Part shown: positions 21,435-30,344 of the stretch, one piece after another
Position numbering within the stretch: the first letter of the stretch is position 1
Layout: each line of letters begins with the position of its first letter
Assembly (NCBI GenBank): GCA_047284725.1
Contig: JBJBEO010000001.1
Coordinates: 1,496,203 to 1,560,202, forward strand
Length of the DNA stretch: 64,000 bases
Direction: 5' to 3'
Source: Synechococcus sp.
Lineage (GTDB): Bacteria; Cyanobacteriota; Cyanobacteriia; PCC-6307; Cyanobiaceae
Program-made: the position numbers and the translations under genes
The notes under the pieces: model-generated
What the model saw: the letters and a program-made list of their open reading frames with translations, nothing else
Told to the model about the DNA's origin: nothing
Database searches by the model: none

Positions 21435-21665
21435 TTAAGGGTTGAGCGGCGTCACCTGAAAGTTCCAGGTGTCGCCATCTTCAAGCCACAGCTCCCAGGC
21501 GAAGGCTGCTCCATCGCGCAGACGCAAGCGACCGGCGAACCCAGCGGGTGAAGGCTGATAAAGATCCTCCATCTCGGCCACCGGATCTCCATCACGGGTC
21601 TGCAGCTCAACCACCTTGCGGCCCAGCCGCTCAGACAGATCAGCTTGCAAGTCATCCAGGGTCAT
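21435..21665 (-). CDS. Small acidic hypothetical protein
   Basis: Protein-like ORF co-oriented in a minus-strand run (LYQPSPAGF...WELWLEDG). Confidence 0.7.
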   Translation of the reverse strand: MTLDDLQADLSERLGRKVVELQTRDGDPVAEMEDLYQPSPAGFAGRLRLRDGAAFAWELWLEDGDTWNFQVTPLNP

Positions 21666-21680
21666 GGATGGACTCCATGA

Positions 21681-21995
21681 TCAATCGGCATCCAGAAAAT
21701 CCAACGCAAGATCGCCGAAATCATCGCGACGTATTTCAAAGCGAAAGCCTTCGACCCTGCCGCTCCATCCCCCTGCATCAGGGTCTGCATCGATGCCCTC
21801 AGTCTGCTCAACCTTGTGATCAAACAGCTTCCAGAAACAGTGCGCAGCCACTGCCGCGGCCTGATCCTCATCCATCTCATCCAGCTCATGGGGCTGCACT
21901 GAGCAACCCTCAAGCAGTTCAGCGTCAATCACATTGCCTCGGCCCACATCGGCAACAAGAGCTTGCAGTACGGCGTGCATGGAAGAGTCAGTCAT
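21681..21995 (-). CDS. Acidic hypothetical protein
   Basis: Asp/Glu-rich ORF co-oriented with its neighbours. Confidence 0.7.
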   Translation of the reverse strand: MTDSSMHAVLQALVADVGRGNVIDAELLEGCSVQPHELDEMDEDQAAAVAAHCFWKLFDHKVEQTEGIDADPDAGGWSGRVEGFRFEIRRDDFGDLALDFLDAD

Positions 21996-22024
21996 CGCTG
22001 CATCCTCCCCCAACGCTTCACCGG

Positions 22025-22744
22025 TCAACAACCCGGCAACGCCTGCGCCAAGACGGCGACCAAAGCGGTATCAACACTGAAGGTGCGGGTTCCAAGGTGC
22101 ATTGCCCGGGCGATCACAGCCTGGGCCAGCGCCAGTTCGAAGGGCACAAACCCACCCTCCGGACCGATCATCACCACCCCAGGCTCCTTCGCCTGATCCT
22201 TCAGGGCGACCGTCGCCCCCCGATCGGCGATCCAGCAGGGACGGCCAGCGCAAAGATCCGGCAGCTGATCTTCCACAAATGGGCGGAACCGGGGGTGCAA
22301 AAAGACCTGCGGCAGCACGGTGTCACGGGAGCGTTCCAACCCGGCCACCAGGGCCGCTTCCAGCTTCTCCGCTTCCAGCAACGGGCTCTGCCAGTAGCTT
22401 TTCTCTACCCGAGCACTGTTGATCAGGTGGAGGTTGGACACCCCAAATTCCGCCACCATCCGCAAGATCCGCCGCAGCATCTTGGGCCTCGGCAAAGCAA
22501 GAACGAGGTCAAAACGATGACGCGGAGGCGGCGGCTGATCCAGCTGAACGTCCATCCACACCCGGTTGGTTTCCAGAGAACGCACCACCGCAGTCCCCAC
22601 ATTCCCTCCGAGCAGTCCGACGCACAACCTGTCGCCCGCCGCAGCACGCAACACCTGGCGGATGTGTGTGGCCCGATGATCTGACACCTCCACGCAACCG
22701 GGATCCAGCCATCGATCACCTTGCCGCAACAGGATCAGATTCAT
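22025..22744 (-). CDS. rsmE: 16S rRNA m3U1498 methyltransferase (RsmE family)
   Basis: HIRQVLR, LALPRPK, IGPEGGF and LGTRTFSVDTA (SPOUT motifs). Confidence 0.85.
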   Translation of the reverse strand: MNLILLRQGDRWLDPGCVEVSDHRATHIRQVLRAAAGDRLCVGLLGGNVGTAVVRSLETNRVWMDVQLDQPPPPRHRFDLVLALPRPKMLRRILRMVAEFGVSNLHLINSARVEKSYWQSPLLEAEKLEAALVAGLERSRDTVLPQVFLHPRFRPFVEDQLPDLCAGRPCWIADRGATVALKDQAKEPGVVMIGPEGGFVPFELALAQAVIARAMHLGTRTFSVDTALVAVLAQALPGC

Positions 22745-22835
22745 CGCTTCAAAGGATGGGAACGACCAACTGGCACCAGATCACCAGTGTGTCCTGCCGT
22801 TTCTCCCTAGAACCAACCTGAAGCGGCTTTCCGCC

Positions 22836-23639
22836 ATGTCTCAGCAGTTCCACTCACTCACACTGCGTGAACGGCTGCGGCCACTGCGAATCCTGCAGCT
22901 GCGCTGGGCCCGTCGCTGGCAGGACTGGCGCAAGGGCGTGAGGTTTGCAGACCAGCAATCGACCACTCCTTTACCGGTGGTGGTGATGGAACATCAGCTG
23001 GTGTTGTTGCGCCGTCTGGGGGAGACAGATCCGCAGCTTCAGCACAACAAGGTGGTGAATCTTCAATTGGCCGTTCGCCAACTGCACGGTCTGCTCATTC
23101 CACCGGGCGGCACGCTTTCGATCTGGCGACGGGTGGGCCGCCCAACAGCAGCGCAGGGCTACTTGCCAGGCGTGCAACTGTCTCGAGGCCGGGTCAGCGT
23201 GGGCATCGGCGGTGGTCTCTGCCAACTCGCCAACCTCATCCACTGGATGGGGCTGCATAGCCCGCTCGAACTGATCGAACGTCACCATCACAGCTTTGAT
23301 GCTTTCCCTGATGCAGGGCGGGTGCTGCCCTTCGGAAGCGGCGCCAGCCTGTTTTTCAACTACGTGGATCTACGCTTTCGCAACCCCACCCATGAGCCCT
23401 TGCAACTGATGGTGTGGCTCAACGAGACCCATCTGTGCGGCGAGATTCGGGCATGCTCGCCACCCCAGGTTCGTTATCGGGTTATCGAAAAAGATCACCA
23501 TTTCGAAGAGCAGCAAGGTCAGCACTATCGCTGCAACAGCATCTGGCAGCAGCATCTTGATCGTCACAATGACCTTGTGATCGACGAGCGGCTGCTGTAT
23601 CGCAACCGATCGTTGGTGATGTATCCCATCACTCCTTAG
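22836..23639 (+). CDS. VanW family protein
   Basis: GIGGGLCQLAN, IERHHHS and YVDLRFRN. Confidence 0.85.
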   Translation: MSQQFHSLTLRERLRPLRILQLRWARRWQDWRKGVRFADQQSTTPLPVVVMEHQLVLLRRLGETDPQLQHNKVVNLQLAVRQLHGLLIPPGGTLSIWRRVGRPTAAQGYLPGVQLSRGRVSVGIGGGLCQLANLIHWMGLHSPLELIERHHHSFDAFPDAGRVLPFGSGASLFFNYVDLRFRNPTHEPLQLMVWLNETHLCGEIRACSPPQVRYRVIEKDHHFEEQQGQHYRCNSIWQQHLDRHNDLVIDERLLYRNRSLVMYPITP

Positions 23640-23692
23640 CCGATGATCAGCGACCTCACCCTGGACACCACAATGACAACAGGCCGAGGCCA

Positions 23693-24100
23693 TTGGTGAT
23701 GACCACAATCGAATGCCGATACACCGGTGCGCTGCACTGTGAAGCCCGTCATGGCCCCTCCGGTCAATACCTCCACACCGATGCCCCCACTGATCACGAC
23801 GGCCTGGGTGAAGCGTTCTCTCCCACAGACCTCCTAGCCACATCGCTGGGCACGTGTGTCCTCACTGTGATGGGGATCACCGCCAAACGGCGGCAGTGGA
23901 ACCTCGAGGGCGCCACGGCTCGCGTGGAGAAACACATGACCGTGGAAGGCCCTCGAAAAATCGAGCGCCTACGGGTACACGTGACGCTGCCCGAGCACTG
24001 CGATGCAGATCAGCGACGGGTGCTGATGCGCATGGCACAAGACTGCCCCGTCAAACGCAATCTGGAGGGGGCCATCACCATCGACCTGATCTGGACCTAA
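23693..24100 (+). CDS. OsmC family protein
   Basis: TDAP..HDG, FSPTDLLATSLGTC and CPV. Confidence 0.88.
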   Translation: MVMTTIECRYTGALHCEARHGPSGQYLHTDAPTDHDGLGEAFSPTDLLATSLGTCVLTVMGITAKRRQWNLEGATARVEKHMTVEGPRKIERLRVHVTLPEHCDADQRRVLMRMAQDCPVKRNLEGAITIDLIWT

Positions 24101-24113
24101 CCAGGAGAGCACC

Positions 24114-24629
24114 ATGCGCCTGCATTTCATACCGATCCACGTTTTCCGCGAAACACCGGCGGTGACGTTCTTTGATGCCGGAGTGACCGGAGCCAACGGC
24201 ACCGATGTAGTGGCCCATCACGGAGCCGCCATCTCGCCACCCGATGACGACGGCTTCGCCCAGTACTACGTGCATCAACACCAGATTGATCACAATCTCG
24301 TACTTGAAGGCCAGCGCACGTTCACCCTGCTCAATCCCACTTGGAGCCAACCGCATCACGTGGTGGAGCTAACACGGGTCATGGGTGCCCTTGAAATTCC
24401 GAAGGGCACCTATCACCGCTCTGTGTCGGGTGAGGCCGGCAGCACGGTACTGAACCAATCCATCCGCGACGAGCACTTCGACTTTCACACCGAATTCATT
24501 CCGGTGAGCCTGCGCAATCGTCCTGATCTACAGGCGCTTCTCGAAACCCCTCCCTGTCTATGGAGTTGGCATGACGGCCACATCCAGCGGCGTTGTCGAG
24601 AAAAAAGCTATCTCCCTGTAAAGGGATAA
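24114..24629 (+). CDS. Conserved cyanobacterial cupin-like protein
   Basis: FRETPAVTFFD, YYVHQHQID and IPKGTYHRS. Confidence 0.75.
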   Translation: MRLHFIPIHVFRETPAVTFFDAGVTGANGTDVVAHHGAAISPPDDDGFAQYYVHQHQIDHNLVLEGQRTFTLLNPTWSQPHHVVELTRVMGALEIPKGTYHRSVSGEAGSTVLNQSIRDEHFDFHTEFIPVSLRNRPDLQALLETPPCLWSWHDGHIQRRCREKSYLPVKG

Positions 24630-24697
24630 CCGCCTGAGCCAGGACCAATAATCAAGACCCCCATCAATGCAGAGAAGGGGGTGCACCTTGTGGAGGT

Positions 24698-25039
24698 TCA
24701 GCTCCAGCCGTTGGCGGCCTGTTGCTCCACATAGGCAGCAACATCAGAGATCTGAGTCTCGGTGAGGGTGCCGATAAAAGCAGGCATCTCGTTGAGGCCG
24801 TAGGTGACCTGAGCAACGATTGCACTTTCGTGGCCGTTGTTGTACTGCGCCAGATAAGTCTTGAGGTCGTCTTGCTTGAGGGTGTGCTCGCCATTCACCA
24901 CATTGCCGCCTCCGGCATGGCAGGCAGCGCAGTTGGCAGAAAACACCTTGGCTCCGTTCGCAACATCACCAGCGGATGCTGAAAGAGGAGCTGTGATCAG
25001 GATGACCAGAGCTGCAAGGACAGACAGAAGAGCACGCAT
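24698..25039 (-). CDS. petJ: Cytochrome c6
   Basis: Signal peptide, [13 protein letters not shown] (CxxCH), MPAF axial Met and a C-terminal GWS. Confidence 0.9.
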   Translation of the reverse strand: MRALLSVLAALVILITAPLSASAGDVANGAKVFSANCAACHAGGGNVVNGEHTLKQDDLKTYLAQYNNGHESAIVAQVTYGLNEMPAFIGTLTETQISDVAAYVEQQAANGWS

Positions 25040-25127
25040 TGGGAGAAGCGTCGCACTAGCGCCATTGTTGGCACCTGCAGCGAGCCCCGAGGGCACTCAG
25101 CTGCAGAACGTCATATCCCGAGGATCC

Positions 25128-25763
25128 TCACGCCGCCAGTGCTGACCAAGCCAACGACGATCCAAGGCCAATCCACACCAGGGCAGCAATGAAACGGCCC
25201 TGGTTGCCAAGCCAGCCAGCGATCTGTCGCGCGAAGGCTGTGACGATCAGCAGCACAGCACCTTGGCTGAGCAGCAGGCCAGCGCCATAGGCGAGCAGTG
25301 GGGTCGGTTCAGCACCCACCACCATCGAACCGAGCAGATATCCATGCAACCCGATCAGTGGAAGAAGGAGAGCCGCCGGCACTACACCAAGGGCGATACA
25401 ACCCTCCACAGCCAGCGAAAGAGCCACAGCCACTTCAGCGATGGAGGAGAAGCTCGGCGCCAAGGGGACCAGCTGGGAGAGCAGGCTGCCGCCCAGCCCA
25501 AGGGCGAGCAACGGCAAAATCCAGCGGAGGGGACGCTTCAGCCCCAAAAACGCCAGTGCCAGAAGAAACAACAAGTGATCAGGGCCGAGCAGAGGGTGAC
25601 CCAGACCGCTGATCAGGCCCTGGACGGGAGTCAGAGAAGACGCCTCGACACCCTCGAACGGATGGTGTGCCAATGCTGGAGAGGCCCCCGCCAGAACAAG
25701 GAGCAGGGCGGCAGACACAGGCCGGACGCGGTCTGCACAACAAGCAAAAGCGCTGATTCTCAA
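25128..25763 (-). CDS. HupE/UreJ family Co/Ni transporter
   Basis: Signal peptide then AHHP, GLGHPLLGPDHL and LHGY, with multiple TM segments. Lies directly downstream of a cobalamin riboswitch. Confidence 0.9.
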   Translation of the reverse strand: MRISAFACCADRVRPVSAALLLVLAGASPALAHHPFEGVEASSLTPVQGLISGLGHPLLGPDHLLFLLALAFLGLKRPLRWILPLLALGLGGSLLSQLVPLAPSFSSIAEVAVALSLAVEGCIALGVVPAALLLPLIGLHGYLLGSMVVGAEPTPLLAYGAGLLLSQGAVLLIVTAFARQIAGWLGNQGRFIAALVWIGLGSSLAWSALAA

Positions 25764-25789
25764 AAGTCGATCCTCGTCGATGGATGATC

Positions 25790-25906
25790 TCGGCGGGCGT
25801 TCTGACTGACGGATCCAGACGGATCCGGTTCACAGCTGCGGGACAGTGACGGACTTTCACCGTGCTTTCCCCCTTACCTCCAGAGGCTGATCACTCCTGG
25901 AACCGA
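25790..25906 (-). promoter_or_regulatory. Cobalamin riboswitch (copy 1, before hupE/ureJ)
   Basis: The minus strand reads GGTTC...AAGGGGGAAAGCACGGTGAAAGTCCGTCACTGTCCCGCAGCTGTGA...AGTCAGAACGCCCGCC (B12 box). Confidence 0.92.
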
Positions 25907-25967
25907 ACCCCTGTTCTACTTCAGGGTGATCATTCTGCTGTGCAAAGCAGTCATTCGATGGGCTGCA

Positions 25968-26270
25968 TCAGTGCTCAGCATGGCCTCCCATGGGATGCGA
26001 AGCACAGGGCATCCATTGATCACCCATCGGATGCGCTCCCTTGCATCCGAACAGAGGCGCTGCTTTCTCTGCTTCTGAGCGCGTGGGATACATCGCACGA
26101 ATCCCACCGTTGTCTGACCGGGACTTGGTGGGTGCCTCCATGGTCAAGGTGACTCCGGTGTGATCGTCACCTGGCACATGGTGCGCCTGAACAGAGAGAT
26201 TTCCTGCCAAGAGAGAAGCCAGCCCCAGGAAGGAGCCGAGAACATTGAGACCCACTGATGAAGACGTCAT
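25968..26270 (-). CDS. Secreted DUF3721-domain protein
   Basis: Signal peptide, AHHVPGDDH, and MYPTRSEAEKAA..FGCKGAHPMGDQWMPC..H. Confidence 0.8.
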   Translation of the reverse strand: MTSSSVGLNVLGSFLGLASLLAGNLSVQAHHVPGDDHTGVTLTMEAPTKSRSDNGGIRAMYPTRSEAEKAAPLFGCKGAHPMGDQWMPCASHPMGGHAEH

Positions 26271-26307
26271 TGATCGATCCGCGTCGATAGAGAACAGAGC
26301 AGAGATG

Positions 26308-26424
26308 TCGGCGGGCGTTCTGACTGACGGATCCAGACGGATCCGGTTCACAGCTGCGGGACAGTGACGGACTTTCACCGTGCTTTCCCCCTTACCTCCA
26401 GAGGCTGATCACTCCTGGAACCGA
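26308..26424 (-). promoter_or_regulatory. Cobalamin riboswitch (copy 2, before the DUF3721 gene)
   Basis: 117 bp identical to 25790-25906. Confidence 0.92.
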
Positions 26425-26449
26425 GGGGTTCTGTCTACACCACCAGGGA

Positions 26450-27307
26450 TCAACTGGGTAGAGACGGAGGCCGCCGCAAGATGCCGTGATGGGGAGCGAA
26501 CAGAAATGCGATCACAAACAATCCGGTTTGCACCAGCACGATGCAGCCTGCGGGGGAGCGATCGCTCCAGTAGCTGATGAACACTCCGAGCAAGCTTGAA
26601 ATCACGCTGCTGGCCACCGCCAACACGGTCATGCGGTCAAAGCGATCTGTGAGCAGATACGCGGTGGCCCCTGGAGTGACGAGCATGGCAACCACCAGGA
26701 TGATGCCCACAGTCTGGAGGCCTGCGACTGCGGCCAACGACAGAATCGAGAGCAACAGATAGTGCAGGAGTCCTGTGTTGATGCCGATCGATCGGGCATG
26801 GGTGGGATCGAAACAGAACATCAACAGATCGCGCCGAAACACCAGCAACACAGCGAACACCACGCCGGAAATCACGAGGGTCTGCTGGATATCGCTGCCA
26901 GAAATGCCGAGGACATTGCCGAAGAGGATGTGAAACAGATCAATGTTGCTACGCACATTCGACACAAGCACCAGGCCAAGGGCAAAGAAACCTGTGAAGA
27001 CCAGGCCGATCACCGTGTCTTCTTTGATGCGTGATTTCTGCTGAACGAATCCGATCGTGGCCACCGACCCCACGCCAAAGACGAAGGCTCCCAACGAGAA
27101 GGGAAGACCAAGGGCATACGCGATGACCACACCGGGCAGAACCGCATGGGAGACGGCATCCCCCATCAGAGCCCAGCCCTTGAGGGTCATGTAGCACGAC
27201 AACAATCCACAAACGGATCCCACCAGGGCACTGATCAACAATGCCCTCACCATGAATTCATGGCGGAGGGGCTCCATCACCCAGTCGATCAGCACGAAGT
27301 CGTCCAC
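26450..27307 (-). CDS. Mn/Zn/Fe ABC transporter permease (MntB-like)
   Basis: LMGDAVSHAVLPG, KEDTVIG, LFGNVLG and FDP. Confidence 0.93.
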   Translation of the reverse strand: MDDFVLIDWVMEPLRHEFMVRALLISALVGSVCGLLSCYMTLKGWALMGDAVSHAVLPGVVIAYALGLPFSLGAFVFGVGSVATIGFVQQKSRIKEDTVIGLVFTGFFALGLVLVSNVRSNIDLFHILFGNVLGISGSDIQQTLVISGVVFAVLLVFRRDLLMFCFDPTHARSIGINTGLLHYLLLSILSLAAVAGLQTVGIILVVAMLVTPGATAYLLTDRFDRMTVLAVASSVISSLLGVFISYWSDRSPAGCIVLVQTGLFVIAFLFAPHHGILRRPPSLPS

Positions 27308-27404
27308 AGCCGTGCCTCAGTCTCTCAGGCCTGAGGATCTGTCTTCCCAGACCCCATCAAGGGATGACGGTCGACGGCTGTGCCGTGCAGGACGAGAGCA
27401 TCAC

Positions 27405-28166
27405 TCAGGTCAGTGGATCGAGTGAACTTGTTCCTGTCAGAAGATCAGGGGGCACTCCACCAAACGTGAGCGAAAGATTTTCCGGAGTGAACACTTCAGA
27501 GGTTTCTCCGTAAGCAAGCACGGTTTTATTGATCAACACCACGAGATCGCAGAACGCGCGGACATGACTGAGATCGTGGGTGGAGATCAGAATGGTTCGT
27601 CCCTCTTCTCGAAACTGAAGGAAGAGATCGGCCATCAGCTTTTCGGTGCGCACATCCACGCCGTTGAAGGGCTCATCCAACAGGAGCACCGAGGACCCTT
27701 GCGCAATGGCACGGGCCAAAAAAGCTCGTTTGCGCTGCCCACCGGACAACGCCCCGATCGGCCGGTCGCGCAGATCGAGCAAATGCACCAAGGACAGCGC
27801 CTCGCGAACAGCAACCCGATCAGCACGGGCCGGGATGCGCAGAGGATTCATGGCGCCATAGCGGCCCATCATCACCACATCCCAAACAGAAACAGGAAAA
27901 TTGTTATCAATCCCCTCGCTCTGCGGCACGTAAGCCACTGCCTGCTCCCGCTGAGCCTCGACAACGCGTAAACCATTGATACGGATGTGACCGCGAGATG
28001 GCCTCACGAATCCAGTGAGGGCCTTGAACAAGGTTGATTTTCCGGCCCCGTTCATGCCGACGAGTCCGCAGATGCAGCCCGCAGGCAAGGCCAGTGTCGC
28101 GTCGTGCAAGGCGACCGTGCCGTTGTAATTCACACACACGCGGTCCGCTTCGATGCGCATCGTCAT
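27405..28166 (-). CDS. Metal ABC transporter ATP-binding protein (MntA-like)
   Basis: GMNGAGKST, LSGGQ, LLLDEP and STHD. Confidence 0.95.
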   Translation of the reverse strand: MTMRIEADRVCVNYNGTVALHDATLALPAGCICGLVGMNGAGKSTLFKALTGFVRPSRGHIRINGLRVVEAQREQAVAYVPQSEGIDNNFPVSVWDVVMMGRYGAMNPLRIPARADRVAVREALSLVHLLDLRDRPIGALSGGQRKRAFLARAIAQGSSVLLLDEPFNGVDVRTEKLMADLFLQFREEGRTILISTHDLSHVRAFCDLVVLINKTVLAYGETSEVFTPENLSLTFGGVPPDLLTGTSSLDPLT

Positions 28167-29080
28167 GGCTGCTGACCCGGCGGATTCAGACCCTGGCGAA
28201 TGAGTCTCACATTGTGGCGCTGCAGCTCAAGCAGGGTGGAGGCCGGACCGTTGTGATCCGAAAGAGAGTCCACATAGAACGTGCCGCCAAAGGCAGCACC
28301 AGCAGCGGAGGCCACCTGGCGCTGCACCTTGTCGCTGACGGTGCTTTCGCAGAACACGGCAGGCACCCCCGACTGCTTCACCGTTTCAATCAAGCGGGCC
28401 ATGCGCTTCGGCGTGGCCTGGCTCTCCGCATTCACTGGCCAGAGGTAAGCCTCTTGAAGGCCGTAATCCTTCGCCAGGTAGGTGAACGCTCCCTCACAGC
28501 TCACCAGCAACCGCTGCCGAGGTGGAATGGTGGAGAGAGACTCTCTGAGCTCCTGATCCAGCTGCTGCAACTGCTGCTGATAGGCCTTGGCATTACGGCG
28601 ATAGGTCGGAGCCCCATCGGGATCCAGGGTGATGAAAGCCTCGACAATTCGATCCACATAGGCCTGAGCCCGCTTGGGAGACATCCAGGCGTGGGGATTA
28701 GGGCGGCCGGCGTAGGCATCCCCTTCAATCAACAGCGGTTCCATTCCCTCCGTGAGGGTGACCGTGGGCACATCTCCTGCTGCTGCGGTGAAACGCCGAG
28801 CCCAAAGCTCAAGGCCCAAACCATTTTCAAGAATCAACTGGGCTGAAGTCGCCTGCTCCAGATCGCTGGGCGTGGGTTCATAGCCATGGATTTCCGCTCC
28901 CTGTTTGGTGATCGATTTCACCCGTAGACGATCTCCCGCAACGTTGGAGGCCATATCGGCCAACACGGTGAAAGTGGTCAACACCAGTGGGCGGGAATCC
29001 TGAAGTCGCTCGCGCTCCGTCAGAGGAGCCCTGCAAGCGTTGAGGGCAATCGCCACAACCAAACCCGCCACTGGCGGCAT
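28163..29080 (-). CDS. Metal ABC transporter substrate-binding lipoprotein (MntC/SitA-like)
   Basis: Lipobox LNAC. The His-His-Glu-Asp ligands (EIHGYEP, NPHAWM, CEGAF, VDSL) point to the Mn/Fe type. Start is uncertain. Confidence 0.92.
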   Translation of the reverse strand: MPPVAGLVVAIALNACRAPLTERERLQDSRPLVLTTFTVLADMASNVAGDRLRVKSITKQGAEIHGYEPTPSDLEQATSAQLILENGLGLELWARRFTAAAGDVPTVTLTEGMEPLLIEGDAYAGRPNPHAWMSPKRAQAYVDRIVEAFITLDPDGAPTYRRNAKAYQQQLQQLDQELRESLSTIPPRQRLLVSCEGAFTYLAKDYGLQEAYLWPVNAESQATPKRMARLIETVKQSGVPAVFCESTVSDKVQRQVASAAGAAFGGTFYVDSLSDHNGPASTLLELQRHNVRLIRQGLNPPGQQP

Positions 29081-29255
29081 CCAACGGGATCGATACAGGG
29101 AGAAAACGAGATCAGAGGCGACCGAAGTCAGCCTAAAAGATCCAAAACAGCACACCCCAAAACGCAACCACGACCGCCAGGAGACCACTGTGGATCCGGC
29201 CGCAGAACCGTCACCCTCCAACTGGCACAGTGCCAGTTCAGGCATCATGTTGATT

Positions 29256-29349
29256 GTGTGAGGAGATTCTCAGAGAACGGAGTCGAAACAAGGTCAGACG
29301 CCCGTTCTGTGATCACCACCCGGCTCCGCCTTCGGCGGAGCTTTTTTTT
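29256..29349 (+). ncRNA. yfr2: Yfr2-family cyanobacterial sRNA
   Basis: 5' GTGTGAGGAG, a central stem AGAACGG/CCGTTCT enclosing GAAACA, and an intrinsic terminator GCTCCGCC-TTC-GGCGGAGC-T8. Confidence 0.75.
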
Positions 29350-29351
29350 GA

Positions 29352-29605
29352 CAACCGACGGTGCGTAAGCCACCGACCCCATCCCCTCTCAACGCCTCGA
29401 GACCAGTCCCCCACCAGATGTGGTGGGGGACTGGTCCGACGTCGTTTTAATCGTGATCGAGCGGCATTGAACGATGCCGCCATCAGCCTGATCACTCCAT
29501 ATCTGGTACTTGCGCAACCTCATACACAAGGCCTATTGGTAGGCGAGGCCGGGTGATGGGGATCACTGGCGGCCCTGGTCAAGTCCCATCCACTGGGCTG
29601 GGGCT
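29352..29605. ncRNA. Candidate structured RNA (possibly Yfr6-type)
   Basis: Gene-free spacer with a perfect 16-bp hairpin (29401-29436), further hairpins, and long-range pairing GGTGCGTAAG/CTTGCGCAACC. Family assignment is tentative. Confidence 0.45.
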
Positions 29606-29632
29606 TCGCCACCAAAACACAGGGCACAGGCT

Positions 29633-29782
29633 CTACCCGAGCTTGAAGTGCTTGCGTTGACGGCGACAGCGTTCTGAGCAGTAGCGAACCTCGTCCCACA
29701 CCTCTCTCCATTTCCGCCGCCACTGGAAAGGACGCCCACACACCGGGCAGACTTTGGTGGGACGCTCACTCGGACCGGGCAT
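29633..29782 (-). CDS. DUF2256 small Cys-rich protein
   Basis: Manual translation: [49 protein letters not shown]. It is below the ORF-track size cut-off. Confidence 0.88.
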   Translation of the reverse strand: MPGPSERPTKVCPVCGRPFQWRRKWREVWDEVRYCSERCRRQRKHFKLG

Positions 29783-29839
29783 GCAGACCCTCTGCCTTCT
29801 CAAACCCACGCAAGCACAACGTCACTCTGTCGGCGCCTG

Positions 29840-30337
29840 ATGGATCAGGCACCGATCCAAGCGCTTGTGAAGCAATGTGCAGCAGGCCTGTTTGATCTGG
29901 CCTGTGCGGTGAGCGGCCACCCTGAATGGGACCTCAGCCTTCCCGTTGGAGTGATCGATGCGCGTCACCAGAAGCCGAGGCTGACGGTCACGCCGATCGG
30001 CACGATCAACTCAGTGCTGCGGGCCTCTGCAACCATCGGCACGCCCCTGATGCGTCGCTTTTTTGAGCGCTTCAACAGCATCGGACTGGAACAGGCCCAG
30101 GCTGAGCTGCGCAGCGGTGCTGATGCCGAAGCTTTTGCCGAACTGTGGGATGCCTATCGAGAGGAACGACAAAGTGGCGGGCAAGCCATGTGGAGCATTG
30201 AAGATGCCACGGCCTTCGTCATGCACAGCCGCTGCAGTCACAGCGATCGAGAAGTCGCCTGCGTTGCCATCTTGCCGGGCGACCCTCACGCGATCGTGAC
30301 ATTCAGCGTGCCCATTCGTTTTCTGACCTCACCATGA
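29840..30337 (+). CDS. Conserved hypothetical protein
   Basis: 165-aa protein-like ORF that fills the gap between neighbours. Confidence 0.7.
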   Translation: MDQAPIQALVKQCAAGLFDLACAVSGHPEWDLSLPVGVIDARHQKPRLTVTPIGTINSVLRASATIGTPLMRRFFERFNSIGLEQAQAELRSGADAEAFAELWDAYREERQSGGQAMWSIEDATAFVMHSRCSHSDREVACVAILPGDPHAIVTFSVPIRFLTSP

Positions 30338-30344
30338 GGCGAGA

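Noticed and set aside
25579..26577. Pairs of ORFs starting MKVRHCPAAV and MLSPLPPEAD
   Set aside because: They are translations of the duplicated riboswitch, not paralogous proteins.
29536..29552. TTGGTAGGCGAGGC resembling the start of an M-box riboswitch
   Set aside because: The downstream M-box elements are absent and the orientation is wrong for the metal ABC operon.
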